Numbered from the stretch's first letter, positions 1-10,560 are shown. The stretch is 64,000 nucleotides of DNA from Candidatus Moraniibacteriota bacterium (GCA_035390125.1 DAOOTD010000002.1:169908-233907), one strand, 5' to 3'. The notes: generated by a model not told the origin, from the letters alone. Translations and numbers: made by a program.

Positions 1-272
1 TTCTTAATGATGATGAATCGTTGCTGATTAAAGTTTCTGGTATCGGTAAAAAAATTGCTAGCCGTCTAATATTAGAACTTAAAAATAAAGTCGCAGGCGT
101 TTCATTGGGTGAGAAGACCCAGATAACTGCCGATAGTGATGCTATAGAGGCTCTAGTTTCAATGGGTTATTCAATTTCTGATGCAAGAGAAACATTAAAA
201 GGTGTTTCACTAGAAGTTAAAGATGTCGGGGAAAGAATTAAAATTGCCTTGAAAAATTTAGGCAAAAAATAG
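1..272 (+). CDS. ruvA: Holliday junction branch migration protein RuvA, C-terminal part (5' truncated by window)
   Basis: HhH motif 'LIKVSGIGKKIASRLILELK' and domain III 'DAIEALVSMGYS'. Confidence 0.9.
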   Translation, partial: LNDDESLLIKVSGIGKKIASRLILELKNKVAGVSLGEKTQITADSDAIEALVSMGYSISDARETLKGVSLEVKDVGERIKIALKNLGKK

Positions 273-362
273 GAAAACATGCTATAATAAAAAAACAAAA
301 CTTGCATTATGGTTTATAAAAAAAATAAAATTAAGATGCAAACAATAAGAAGATATTTTTTT

Positions 363-803
363 ATGAAAAATAAAGGATCAATTCTCGCTTATTCGCTTAT
401 CATCCTGACAATGATGGTGGCAATTGTTGCTACCATGTCAATATCAACAATGCTTGAAAAGAAATCAGCTAGTTCTACTGATTTTTCTGTTCAGGCTTAT
501 GCTGCTGCAGACAGTGGAATTCAACTAGCAATAAAAAAAATAAACGGCAATATAAAAGATGAAAAAACAATAGAGCAATTGTTTTGCCCAACTGGCGATG
601 GTTGTGAATGCAAAGATGGAAAAGTGACGGGGCTTAAGGATGGCGGTCTGGACTCTTATGACATATCATTTTTTTCTGACGATGTTAGTGTTCCTTTAGG
701 CTGTGACATACCAGCATTAGGAGAAAACATAAAAAATATAAGAGCTTTAGGAAGATATAAAGATGCAATACGCTCAATAGGTGTTTCAGTGTCTTTGTTG
801 TAA
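363..803 (+). CDS. PilX-like/prepilin-type membrane protein
   Basis: N-terminal 'KNKGSILAYSLIILTMM' basic-G-hydrophobic pilin-like leader and 'QAYAAADSGI' PilX-like motif; start moved from 309 to the later Met. Confidence 0.55.
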   Translation: MKNKGSILAYSLIILTMMVAIVATMSISTMLEKKSASSTDFSVQAYAAADSGIQLAIKKINGNIKDEKTIEQLFCPTGDGCECKDGKVTGLKDGGLDSYDISFFSDDVSVPLGCDIPALGENIKNIRALGRYKDAIRSIGVSVSLL

Positions 804-838
804 AGCTATTTCTTCTTTATTGCAGCATTTTTATTGAA

Positions 839-1900
839 TTGGAAAGTTTTTATCTAGAAGGCTTTAATCAATCAAAGCCTTCTTTTCTTTTATACAATTT
901 TATTGCTATAATAAATTCTATGGATGAGAATAAAAAAAATGAAAATTTTCTGCAATCGCCGGAATGGCGGATGTTTCAGGAAAGTGTTGGAAAAAAAACT
1001 TTTATTGTTAAAGAAAGCGGTTTTTCAGCAAGCATTATCAAACATAGGTTGCCTATAATTGGGGCGTATTTTTATTGTCCTCGTGGACCAATTTTAGAAA
1101 AGGGGGATTTAAGACAAAATGTAAAATATATTGAAAAAATTATCCAATTAGCTAAGGAAGAAAATGCCAGTTGGATTAGGATTGAACCTGAAAATAATGA
1201 AATACTGGAGTTGCTTAGAGAAAATAAAAAAAATGTTATAGTTATGGCACCTCACAACATGCAACCAAAGCAAATTTTCATTATTGACATCTTAAAAACA
1301 GAAGAAGAGCTTTTAGCAGAAATGAGACAAAAGACCCGTTACAACATACATTTAGCAGAAAAGAAGCAATTGAAAATTTTCATTTCAAGAGAAGAAAAAT
1401 ATGTCCAGCGTTTTTGTGACTTAGTTAAAATTACTGCAAAGCGTGATAAAATTTCTGTTCATCTTGAAAATTATTACAAAAAAATGATTGAAAAAATTCC
1501 GGAAAATATGCTTAAACTTTATTGCGCAGAATATGAAGGTAAAATTATTGCAGCTAACCTGGTTGTTTTTTTTGGAAATACTGCAATTTTTCTTCATGGT
1601 GCCTCTGATAATGAGCACAGAAATGTTATGGCGCCATATCTTTTGCAATGGAAAGCTATTTTAGATGCTAAAAATAGTGGTTGTAAATATTATGATTTTG
1701 GAGGAATAAAAATGTCGAATGGATGGGAAGGCATTACAAAATTCAAACTTGGATTTTCACCAAATACCCAGCCAACTGTATTTCCAGGAAGCTATGACAT
1801 TATAATAAAAAATCGAAAGTACTTATTCTATAAGATTTTTAGTTTATTTTTTGGCATATATAAAAAAATAATTAATAAAATTAAGGTATTTTTTATTTAA
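839..1900 (+). CDS. FemABX-family peptidoglycan bridge aminoacyltransferase (likely start about 920)
   Basis: 'FLQSPEW', 'YCPRGP', 'KTRYNI', 'YDFGG', 'GITKFKLGF' motifs; near murE. Confidence 0.9.
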   Translation: MESFYLEGFNQSKPSFLLYNFIAIINSMDENKKNENFLQSPEWRMFQESVGKKTFIVKESGFSASIIKHRLPIIGAYFYCPRGPILEKGDLRQNVKYIEKIIQLAKEENASWIRIEPENNEILELLRENKKNVIVMAPHNMQPKQIFIIDILKTEEELLAEMRQKTRYNIHLAEKKQLKIFISREEKYVQRFCDLVKITAKRDKISVHLENYYKKMIEKIPENMLKLYCAEYEGKIIAANLVVFFGNTAIFLHGASDNEHRNVMAPYLLQWKAILDAKNSGCKYYDFGGIKMSNGWEGITKFKLGFSPNTQPTVFPGSYDIIIKNRKYLFYKIFSLFFGIYKKIINKIKVFFI

Positions 1901-1992
1901 TATAAAAAGCTAGAATTAGTTGACTTTTTATTTTTTTTATAGTAAGTTTATCATTACCTAAAAAAGTACTTTAAATCTAAAAAAGAAAGGGG

Positions 1993-2646
1993 GTGACCTT
2001 TATGGCGCTCAATATCTCAAAGGAAGAATTTGTTTGGAGTTATATAAAATATCATAATGTTCCTGTTTTCAAGCGTTCATATGAAGTTGCTCAATATTGT
2101 CATAGAAATCATTTCAGGCAGGATGGAACTCCATATTTTGGGCATCCAAATGAGCTTTGTTATGTTCTGCTTATTAACAATATGGAAGATGAAATCATGC
2201 TTTCTGATGGCATATGTCATGATATTGTTGAAGAATGCAGAGACCAAGAAAACATCATCATAACCAAAGAAGATCTTCTGAAGGAAATTAAAAATGACAC
2301 AGTTGTGGAAGAAACTTTCATTACCACCAAACCTTATAAAAAAATGACCCCTATTCAAATTAAAGAGTATTTTAGTCTGATAGAAGAAATCACCAGGTTA
2401 GTGGTCAATAAACATGTGGATCGCTTTATAAATATGCGAAGAAGCATGTTTGGAAATTTTGAAAGGGAAAGACTTGTAAAATATGATGTTGAAACGGTTA
2501 ACCATGTTTTACCTATGTCGGAGAGAATCATAAATAGTGGTCTATACCCCGAATATGAAAATATTCTAAGAATGTTAAGGAGCGGTATCAAAGGTTTACT
2601 AGAAGGCGTACGTGCCCAAGTTAAGCTTATGAATGGTAAGAATTAA
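1993..2646 (+). CDS. HD-domain protein, small alarmone hydrolase-like (RelA/SpoT hydrolase domain only)
   Basis: 'HRNHFRQDGTPYFGHP', 'CHDIVEE' and 'KHVDRFINMR' parallel the hydrolase motifs of the Rel at 50320-51813. Confidence 0.7.
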   Translation: MTFMALNISKEEFVWSYIKYHNVPVFKRSYEVAQYCHRNHFRQDGTPYFGHPNELCYVLLINNMEDEIMLSDGICHDIVEECRDQENIIITKEDLLKEIKNDTVVEETFITTKPYKKMTPIQIKEYFSLIEEITRLVVNKHVDRFINMRRSMFGNFERERLVKYDVETVNHVLPMSERIINSGLYPEYENILRMLRSGIKGLLEGVRAQVKLMNGKN

Positions 2647-2739
2647 TTTTTTATAAAAATAAATAAACATAATGGCTTGTTGATTATTCTGCAAGCCATT
2701 TTCCATTTTATTTACACCTAGGTTATAATTAGCATAGAT

Positions 2740-3984
2740 ATGAAAAAAATAATCCCACAATCTATAAAAAATGTCTATCATCTGAGTCAGGCGATTATGG
2801 CTAATTTTTTGTATGGCTTTCCATCGCATAGGATAAAAATAATTGGCGTGACAGGAACCAATGGAAAAACAACCACTGTGCAAATGATTGCTAAAATTTT
2901 AGAAGAAAATGGGTTTAAAACGGCAGTTGCCTCAACCATAAATTTTAAATTAGGCAGTGAAGAATGGGTTAATAAAACAAAATTTACAACACTCTCTTCT
3001 TTTGCTGTACAGAAATTTATAAAAAAATCAGTTCAGGCAGGTTGTAAATATTTGGTTTTGGAGACTTCTTCGCATTCCCTTGATCAATATAGAGTATGGG
3101 GTGTTAAATATGAAACTGCTGTTATTACTAATGTCACCAGGGAGCACCTAGACTACCATAAGACAATGAAAGAATACAGAAAGGTTAAATCAGAATTATT
3201 TAAAAAGGCCAATAATGCAATTATAAATTTAGATATGGAAAATCCGGGAGAATTTTTAAACATTTCTACTGGCAAAAAAATTACTTATTCATTAAAAAAC
3301 AATAAAGCTGATATTTTAGCGAAAAATATATCATTAAATCCATCAGGAACTAAATTTTCGGTTAAAAATACAGAAATAAATTTAAAATTGCTAGGAGAAT
3401 TTAATATAGAAAATGCACTGGCGGCTATCTGTGTGGGCATTTCTGAAGAAATAAACATGGAAATAATAAAAAATTCCTTAGAAAAAATAAAACTAGTGCC
3501 AGGTAGAATGGAAAATATCCCGAATAAAAGAAAGATTAATATTATTATTGACTATGCGGTAACTCCGGATTCTTTAGAAAAACTCTACCAATTAATAAAT
3601 CATATCAATACCTCAAGATCTAAGATTATTGCCGTGTTTGGTTCTTGCGGTGAAAGAGACCGCGGCAAGAGGCCGATAATGGGAGAAATAGTTTCAAAAT
3701 ACGCTGATTATATAATTGTTACTAACGAAGATCCATATAATGAGAATCCGATTAGAGTAATTGATGAAGTTGCTTCAGGGATTAGAAACAAAATTGAAGG
3801 AGAAAAGTTTTGGAAAATTTTAGATAGAAAAGAAGCAATTAAAAAAGCCCTGATTTTATCGAAAGAGGGCGATTTTGTTATCGTAACTGGCAAAGGGGCG
3901 GAAGAAACCATGGCGGTTGGTAAAAAAAGAATTCCTTGGAATGATAGGAGAATTATAGAGGAAGAATTAGAAAGTTTAAGCTAG
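2740..3984 (+). CDS. murE: UDP-MurNAc-tripeptide ligase MurE
   Basis: 'GVTGTNGKTTT', 'ETSSH', 'TNVTREHLDYH', 'DYA', 'GKGAE'. Confidence 0.92.
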   Translation: MKKIIPQSIKNVYHLSQAIMANFLYGFPSHRIKIIGVTGTNGKTTTVQMIAKILEENGFKTAVASTINFKLGSEEWVNKTKFTTLSSFAVQKFIKKSVQAGCKYLVLETSSHSLDQYRVWGVKYETAVITNVTREHLDYHKTMKEYRKVKSELFKKANNAIINLDMENPGEFLNISTGKKITYSLKNNKADILAKNISLNPSGTKFSVKNTEINLKLLGEFNIENALAAICVGISEEINMEIIKNSLEKIKLVPGRMENIPNKRKINIIIDYAVTPDSLEKLYQLINHINTSRSKIIAVFGSCGERDRGKRPIMGEIVSKYADYIIVTNEDPYNENPIRVIDEVASGIRNKIEGEKFWKILDRKEAIKKALILSKEGDFVIVTGKGAEETMAVGKKRIPWNDRRIIEEELESLS

Positions 3985-4416
3985 CAGGCTTATAAAAACT
4001 AAAGTGAAAACAAATCCTAAAATTGCACCGACAATAACCTCACTAGTTCTGTGCCCCGTTCGTTCTTTCAAGCGAGGAAACTTGCTCTCATCGAAATTAA
4101 GTTGCTGTATGAGCATATTAAGGTAACGTCCCTGGTCTCCCAGGTACATGCGTATTCTTGTCGCATCGTCAATAATAATAAATGCTAGTGCAAAAGTTAC
4201 AGCAAATGAACCAGAGTGGAAACCTTCAAAATAGCCTACTGATGTTACTAGAGAAATTGCAAAGGCCGTATGAGCCGATGGCATGTGTCCATGAGTAAAA
4301 AGGTAACGAATATCCCAACCATGTTTTGTGCTATAAATTATAAATTTGATGGCTTGTGTAATAATACCGACAAAAACAGGAATAAGAAAAATGGCATAGG
4401 AAGTAATAAATTTCAT
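3976..4416 (-). CDS. Divergent PAP2 (DUF212) membrane protein
   Basis: 'GHMPSAHTA', 'LKERTGHRTSEV' and TM segments. Confidence 0.85.
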   Translation of the reverse strand: MKFITSYAIFLIPVFVGIITQAIKFIIYSTKHGWDIRYLFTHGHMPSAHTAFAISLVTSVGYFEGFHSGSFAVTFALAFIIIDDATRIRMYLGDQGRYLNMLIQQLNFDESKFPRLKERTGHRTSEVIVGAILGFVFTLVFISLLA

Positions 4417-4552
4417 ATTTTTTTTGTATTATTTTCTTACTGGTTAAATTATAGCATGATTTTTAAGTTGGTGGTATAATAAATATATTAATAAATCCAA
4501 TCATTTAAGCGGTAAATATAAATTTCTTTACAACTTTAAATGATAAAAAAAT

Positions 4553-5104
4553 ATGAGTATTGGAATAATTATTTTAATCGTTGCAGCTTTTTTGGTTGTA
4601 GCAGGTATCGGAATTTACAATGGGCTGATAACATTAAAAAATCGCGTAGATGAGGCTTGGAGTGATATCGATGTTCAACTTAAACGCAGATATGATCTTA
4701 TTCCAAATTTAGTTAGTACTGTTAAGGGTTATGCGACACATGAAAGAGAGCTTTTTGAAAAAGTTACTGAAGCTCGTGCAGCTGCTATGGGAGCTGAAAC
4801 TCCTGCTCAAAAAGAACAAGCGGAAAATGTGCTGAGTGGAACACTAAAATCATTGTTTGCAGTGGCTGAGAATTATCCAGATCTTAAAGCCAATCAAAAT
4901 TTTCTAGAGCTACAAAGAGAGCTAACTGATACGGAAGACAAAATTCAGGCTGCTCGCAGATTTTACAATGGCAATGTTAGAGACTTCAATATTAAGATCG
5001 AAACAGTTCCAAGCAATATTATTGCTGGAATGATGAATCTTACTAAGCGTGAATTTTTTGAAGCTGAAGAAGGCGAAAAAGAAGCTGTTAAAGTCGAGTT
5101 TTAA
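4553..5104 (+). CDS. lemA: LemA family protein
   Basis: 'AWSDIDVQLKRRYDLIPNLV', 'AVAENYPDLKANQNF'. Confidence 0.95.
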   Translation: MSIGIIILIVAAFLVVAGIGIYNGLITLKNRVDEAWSDIDVQLKRRYDLIPNLVSTVKGYATHERELFEKVTEARAAAMGAETPAQKEQAENVLSGTLKSLFAVAENYPDLKANQNFLELQRELTDTEDKIQAARRFYNGNVRDFNIKIETVPSNIIAGMMNLTKREFFEAEEGEKEAVKVEF

Positions 5105-5106
5105 TT

Positions 5107-6000
5107 ATGTCTACACTTTATAATCAAGCGGATAAAAATATCCGTTTAACTTGGATATATATCACCGGTTTTCTCGTGTTTGTGATTGGAGTTGGGTACG
5201 TTTTCGCGGGAGCGATGGGCAACAGCTCTATTCTTTATGGTGCTGTAATATTTTCAATTTTAATGAGTTTCGGTTCATATTGGTGGAGTGATAAAATAGT
5301 GCTGGGAATGAGCAGGGCTAAAGAAATAAGCCATGATAATAATCGGGAAATATTTCATATCGTGGAAAATCTTTGCATTACAGCTGGGCTACCGATGCCG
5401 AAAATATATATCATAGAAGACAGTGCTCCAAATGCTTTTGCAACAGGGAGGGATCCGAAACATGGAGTAATTTGTCTGACAACCGGAATAATACAGAAAT
5501 TGGAAAAGGTCGAGCTAGAAGGAGTAATTGCGCATGAACTTTCCCATATTGGTAACCGAGACATTCTTCTTTCCACAGTCATTGTTGTTTTAGTTGGTTT
5601 TATAACTCTTTTAGCTGATTGGTTTCGTCACTGGGCTTTTTTTGGCGGTAAATCACGTGATAGTGAGGGAGGGAGTCAACTACGTGCAATTTTGATACTT
5701 ATAGCTGTTGTTCTTTCAATTTTAGCTCCAATTGCAGCCATGCTAATGCAATTGGCTATTTCACGAAAAAGAGAATTTTTAGCCGATGCTTCAGGAGCAC
5801 TTCTTACGCGGCATCCTGAAGGCTTGGCGCGCGCTTTGGAAAAAATTTCAGTTGATCAGGAACCGCTAGAGGCTGCCAATCGTGCCACAGCCCATCTTTA
5901 TATTTCTAATCCTTTTAAGGGGAAAAAAGTTTCTAAATTATTCTTAACCCATCCTCCTATTGAAGATAGAGTAAAGGCTCTACGGGGAATGTCTGTTTAG
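5107..6000 (+). CDS. htpX: M48 zinc metalloprotease HtpX
   Basis: 'PNAFATG', HEXXH 'HELSH', 'SRKREFLAD', 'THPP'; follows lemA. Confidence 0.93.
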   Translation: MSTLYNQADKNIRLTWIYITGFLVFVIGVGYVFAGAMGNSSILYGAVIFSILMSFGSYWWSDKIVLGMSRAKEISHDNNREIFHIVENLCITAGLPMPKIYIIEDSAPNAFATGRDPKHGVICLTTGIIQKLEKVELEGVIAHELSHIGNRDILLSTVIVVLVGFITLLADWFRHWAFFGGKSRDSEGGSQLRAILILIAVVLSILAPIAAMLMQLAISRKREFLADASGALLTRHPEGLARALEKISVDQEPLEAANRATAHLYISNPFKGKKVSKLFLTHPPIEDRVKALRGMSV

Positions 6001-6003
6001 GAT

Positions 6004-6465
6004 ATGCAATGGAAAAAGCCGAAAAATACGGATAAATATTTTTGGACGCAGCACGTCCAGGAAAAAATGCATTATTACGGGCTTTCTGAGCAAAAAGTTT
6101 TGGGTGTGATTCGAAAACCGCAAAGAATTGAAACCGGAATTGCAGAAAATACAGTAGCAGTTATGATTCCAGTTGGAAATATTAAAAGAAATAAAAAACC
6201 TTCAATATGGAATCGTTCGTTTAACGATGATGGCGAACAAGAAAAATGGAGTCAGGAAGTTTGGGTAATGTACCAAACGAAAAATCAAAAAATAAAAAAT
6301 AAAGTAACAACGCAGAATTCAAAATTAAAAGAATTACAAAATAAAATAAATTCAAATAAAAAAATCACAATAATTTCAGCTTGGCGGTATCCTGGAGTGA
6401 GTCCGGAAAAAAATCCGATTCCTGAAGAAATCATGAGGGAAATAGAGCAAATTGGCTTAAAATAG
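6004..6465 (+). CDS. Hypothetical protein, DUF4258/BrnT-like fold possible
   Basis: 'WTQHVQEKM..GLS' N-terminus and 'IISAW' C-terminal strand. Confidence 0.45.
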   Translation: MQWKKPKNTDKYFWTQHVQEKMHYYGLSEQKVLGVIRKPQRIETGIAENTVAVMIPVGNIKRNKKPSIWNRSFNDDGEQEKWSQEVWVMYQTKNQKIKNKVTTQNSKLKELQNKINSNKKITIISAWRYPGVSPEKNPIPEEIMREIEQIGLK

Positions 6466-6553
6466 GGACATTTTAATAGCTATTATTATTTTAGTAAATA
6501 TGATAGAATATAAAAAGATAAGTTAAAAATATAATCTTTTAAAAATTAAACTT

Positions 6554-7114
6554 ATGGAAGAAAACACACAAAAAACAGAGGCTCCAAAACAAGAGTCTCA
6601 AGAACAAGCTAAAAAATCTGCGCCTGCGTCTGAACCAAAAGTTGAACAAAAAAGCGTGAAAGGAGATATTTCACAATTCGAAGCTTTTTTAGAAGAATAT
6701 TTAGTAAAAAAGGCTCCCTTTGCGATTCCAGCTGGTGGCAAAGAATTTATTGTTAAGGTTGCTCCGTATCTAATTATCATTTTTGCTATTATTGCAATTC
6801 CAGGAATTTTATTAGCATTGGGTCTTTCTACTGTTTTAGCTCCTTTTGCAATGGTTGGTTATGCGATTGGCCATGGATTCGGATTTCTTGCTCTTATTTC
6901 CCTCGTAATTTCTATAGTGGTAGTTGTTATGGAACTTATTGCTGTACCGGGATTATTTAAGCGAACCAAGGGAGGATGGAAATTGGTTTTTTACGCCAGT
7001 ATCGTAAGCTTGATTGGAAGTATAATTTCTGTAGCAGGTATCATAAGCGGAATTATAGGAGCAATTATTGGTTGGTACATTTTATTTCAGGTTAAAGAAC
7101 TTTATAAAAACTAA
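6554..7114 (+). CDS. Hypothetical integral membrane protein
   Basis: Charged disordered N-terminus followed by about 4 hydrophobic helices. Confidence 0.7.
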   Translation: MEENTQKTEAPKQESQEQAKKSAPASEPKVEQKSVKGDISQFEAFLEEYLVKKAPFAIPAGGKEFIVKVAPYLIIIFAIIAIPGILLALGLSTVLAPFAMVGYAIGHGFGFLALISLVISIVVVVMELIAVPGLFKRTKGGWKLVFYASIVSLIGSIISVAGIISGIIGAIIGWYILFQVKELYKN

Positions 7115-7130
7115 GTTTTTTCATTCTGAC

Positions 7131-7160
7131 AGCAAGCAGCCTTTCCGGGTTGCTTGTTTT
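7131..7160 (+). terminator. Intrinsic terminator
   Basis: agcaagcagcc-loop-ggttgcttgtttt hairpin after the ORF. Confidence 0.7.
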
Positions 7161-7197
7161 GTTATAATATTACTGTATAAACACAAAAATATCTTAT

Positions 7198-8601
7198 ATG
7201 AAAAAACACACAAAAATTGTAGCTACTTTAGGGCTTGTCTCTGATAAAAAGGAAGTAATAAGAGATATGATTGAGGCTGGTATGGACGTGGCACGTCTTA
7301 ATTTTTCACATGGAAGTTATGAGTGGCATAGAGACGTTATCAAGATCGTCCGTGAACTTTCAGAAGAAATGCAAAAACCAGTAGGAATAATGGCTGATTT
7401 GCAAGGACCGCGCATACGCACATTAGTGGAGGCTGAAGTTGAAATAAATACTGGCGATAAAATTGCAGTAAGTGATATTGAAAAAGTCAAAGATGTAAGA
7501 CATAGAATACAAGATAAACAATGCTTTTTATTGGACATACCAAACATTATTGATGATATTGAAGTAGGTAATGAGATTTTAATTGAAGACGGATTAATGA
7601 AAGTTGTTGTTCGCGAAAAAGATAATAATATTTTATTAGCAGAAGTTATTGATGGAGGAATTATTAAAAATCATAAAGGTATTAATATTCCGGATGCAAA
7701 ATTACATATTGATCCAATTACCGAAAAAGATGAAAAGGATCTGGATTTTTCTCTTGAAAATGAAGTTGATTTTGTAGCCATGTCATTTGTGAGTTCCGGA
7801 ATGGATATTGAAAATCTTCGAAGTAGAATTGAAAAAATTCTCGGACGTACTGAAAATCTTCCGCAAATAGTAGCAAAAATCGAGCGCAAGGAGGCTATTA
7901 AAAATCTAGAAGATATTGTTGCTCATGCTGATGTAGTAATGGTAGCTCGTGGGGATTTGGGAATTGAAATGGATGAAAGTAAGGTCGGAGTTTTTCAGAA
8001 AGAAATCGTGGGTAAAAGCCTGCAAAATATGAAGCCGGTAATTATGGCGACACAGATGATGAATTCTATGATTGAAAATCCGCGTCCAACACGGGCCGAA
8101 GTCAGTGATGTGACTAATGCAGTCATCGATCATGTTGATGCCGTCATGCTTAGTGGAGAATCAGCCAGTGGTAAATATCCGGTAGAGAGCGTAAAGATTA
8201 TGAAGGAAATTATTGAAAACACGGAAGCTTCTCCTTATGATAATGTCGATCACTTGCTTAAATTAAGAAATGAAGAAGAATTTAATTCTTTCATAAAAAA
8301 TACATATAAATTAGTAAAAGATAAGAAAATAAAGGGCATTGCGGTGGCCAGTTTTTCTGGATTTACGGCACGCCTCATTTCCCATTTCCGTTTAGAAAAG
8401 CCACTTCTAGTTGCAACTAATAACAAAAAGACATATAATCAGCTATCCCTCCTCTGGGGTGTTGAAGGTTATTATACTAGCCAGGATAAACCCAAGCAAA
8501 TGCTGGAAGCCATGATGAAGGCAAAAAATCTGGATAAAAAGGAGGAAATTATCAGAATTGCTGGGAACACGCCACAAGGGGAAAAAATGAAATTAATTTA
8601 A
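7198..8601 (+). CDS. pyk: Pyruvate kinase
   Basis: 'ARLNFSHG', 'DLQGP', 'AKIE', 'MVARGDLG', 'PTRAEVSD', 'MLSGES'. Confidence 0.95.
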   Translation: MKKHTKIVATLGLVSDKKEVIRDMIEAGMDVARLNFSHGSYEWHRDVIKIVRELSEEMQKPVGIMADLQGPRIRTLVEAEVEINTGDKIAVSDIEKVKDVRHRIQDKQCFLLDIPNIIDDIEVGNEILIEDGLMKVVVREKDNNILLAEVIDGGIIKNHKGINIPDAKLHIDPITEKDEKDLDFSLENEVDFVAMSFVSSGMDIENLRSRIEKILGRTENLPQIVAKIERKEAIKNLEDIVAHADVVMVARGDLGIEMDESKVGVFQKEIVGKSLQNMKPVIMATQMMNSMIENPRPTRAEVSDVTNAVIDHVDAVMLSGESASGKYPVESVKIMKEIIENTEASPYDNVDHLLKLRNEEEFNSFIKNTYKLVKDKKIKGIAVASFSGFTARLISHFRLEKPLLVATNNKKTYNQLSLLWGVEGYYTSQDKPKQMLEAMMKAKNLDKKEEIIRIAGNTPQGEKMKLI

Positions 8602-8619
8602 CTTTTAAACCAAAAATAA

Positions 8620-8706
8620 GGAGAGGTCGCATAGTGGTCGAGTGCACCACCTTGGAAAGGTGGCATACTGGAAACGGTATCGAGGGTTCGAATCCCTCTC
8701 TCTCCG
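8620..8706 (+). tRNA. tRNA-Ser(GGA)
   Basis: Acceptor GGAGAGG/TCTCTCC, anticodon arm ccacc-ttGGAaa-ggtgg, long variable arm, GGTTCGAATC T-loop; no encoded CCA. Confidence 0.95.
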
Positions 8707-8749
8707 CTAATTGTTTGCTTTTTTCTCTAAAGTTCTTTAGTCTGAAAAT

Positions 8750-10555
8750 ATGAATAAAAATGTAGAAGAAATAAAATCGAGACTTAATATCGTTGATGTA
8801 GTCGGCGAATATGTCCGTCTAACAAAAGCAGGCGCAAACTGGAAAGGCTTATGTCCTTTTCATCATGAAAAAACTCCTTCTTTCACGGTTAATGAAGAAA
8901 AACAGATCTTTCATTGCTTTGGCTGTACTAAGGGTGGGGATGTTTTAACTTTTATTCAAGAGATAGAAAGTATTGAATTTAGAGAAGCCTTGAAAATGCT
9001 GGCAGAAAAAGCCGGAGTAGAGCTGGAAGAATATAAATCACAAGATACAGATAATAAAAAAAGAATTTTAGAAATTCTAGAACTTGGGACTAAGTTTTAT
9101 GAAACACAGCTTTGGAAAGGAGCAGGAAAAGACAAAATACTAAAATATCTTTACGATCGCGGGCTGACCGAAGAAAGCATTAAAAAATTCCGTTTAGGTT
9201 ATGCTCCGGAGGGGTGGATAAATATCCTAAATTTTTTGATAGAAAGAGGTTATAAAATTGATGAAATAAATAAAACCGGTCTTTTGGTAGAAAAGTCTAA
9301 CGAAGCTAAAAGCCACAAACTGGAAGCTAATTATTATGATCGATTTAGGGATAGGATAATTTTTCCTATTCAGGATATTTTTGGAAATGTGATTGGTTTT
9401 TCGGCCAGGGTAGCTCCAGGAGGAGATGAATCACAGGCAAAATACGTGAATACTCCAGAAACAGCAGTTTATCATAAAAGCAAGGCTCTTTATGGTATCT
9501 CGCATGCGAAGAATGAAATAAAAAATAAAAATTATACGCTTTTAGTGGAAGGGAATATGGACGTTATTGCGGCTTCCCAAGCAGGAATTCAAAACGCAGT
9601 TGCAGTTTCTGGGATAGCCTTGACTGCCGATCAGATTATAATGCTTAAAAGATATTCCCAGAATCTGGCCATGCTTTTTGATATGGACAGTGCCGGGCAA
9701 CAGGCTGCAGAGAAAAGTGCAGACTTGTGTTTTGAGAAAGACATGAAGGTAAAAATAGTCGCCTTGTCTGATGGAAAAGATGCGGCTGATGTGGTTAAAA
9801 AAGACCCGCAGCTTTTATTAAAAGCGGTTAAAGAATCAGTCGGAGCTATGGAATATTTTTTCAATTTAATCTTGAAAAAATATGATAAAAATTCAGCCAG
9901 TGGCAAGAATGGTATTGCCAAAGAAATTCTGGCACATGTTTCACATATTGAAAATAAAATAGAAAAATCACATTGGGTAAAGAAAATCTCGCATGAGCTT
10001 GATGTGGAAGAAAATGTAATAAACAATGTATTAAAAGAAGTTGTTGCTATTCCCAGGGAATACGCTGGATATGAAAGCGAACAGACAGAAAAAAAATCAT
10101 CCTTTCAGAAACGCAGTGATTTAATAAGTGAATCATTAATAGGAGTTATTTTAAGCAGTAGCGAAATATGGAAAGGAATATTTGAAAAAGAAAGAGAAAA
10201 TGAAAGTATTAAAAATGATGAACTATTGTGGTTCGTGCTTAAGAAAGGTCCAGAGGCTGAGTTTTCTTTCGATAAAATGCTTACAATAATTGAAGATGAC
10301 CAGATTGTGGAAAAACTGCGCAGGATTTATTTTGAAACAAAGTACCGCTTCGCACAGGAAGAAATAGTCGAACAAACAGAGGAAGAGCTTAAAAAATTAG
10401 CAGATGGATATATGGTTGAATATAATAGAGAATTGCAAAAAGAAAAAATCCGTAGTATTATAAAGGAAATCGAGAAAGCTGAAAACAAGGGCGATAAAGA
10501 AACCCTTGCCAAATTAATGAGCGAGTTTACTAAACTTTCTCAAGAGATTCAATAG
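8750..10555 (+). CDS. dnaG: DNA primase
   Basis: CHC2 zinc finger 'CPFH..CFGC', 'DRFRDRIIFPI', 'KYVNTPET', TOPRIM 'VEGNMD' and 'FDMDSAG'. Confidence 0.96.
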   Translation: MNKNVEEIKSRLNIVDVVGEYVRLTKAGANWKGLCPFHHEKTPSFTVNEEKQIFHCFGCTKGGDVLTFIQEIESIEFREALKMLAEKAGVELEEYKSQDTDNKKRILEILELGTKFYETQLWKGAGKDKILKYLYDRGLTEESIKKFRLGYAPEGWINILNFLIERGYKIDEINKTGLLVEKSNEAKSHKLEANYYDRFRDRIIFPIQDIFGNVIGFSARVAPGGDESQAKYVNTPETAVYHKSKALYGISHAKNEIKNKNYTLLVEGNMDVIAASQAGIQNAVAVSGIALTADQIIMLKRYSQNLAMLFDMDSAGQQAAEKSADLCFEKDMKVKIVALSDGKDAADVVKKDPQLLLKAVKESVGAMEYFFNLILKKYDKNSASGKNGIAKEILAHVSHIENKIEKSHWVKKISHELDVEENVINNVLKEVVAIPREYAGYESEQTEKKSSFQKRSDLISESLIGVILSSSEIWKGIFEKERENESIKNDELLWFVLKKGPEAEFSFDKMLTIIEDDQIVEKLRRIYFETKYRFAQEEIVEQTEEELKKLADGYMVEYNRELQKEKIRSIIKEIEKAENKGDKETLAKLMSEFTKLSQEIQ

Positions 10556-10560
10556 AAAAC

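Noticed and set aside
7198-7240. Pyruvate kinase GLVS in place of the usual GPAS as a sign of inactivation
   Set aside because: All main catalytic motifs are intact and the frame is full length.
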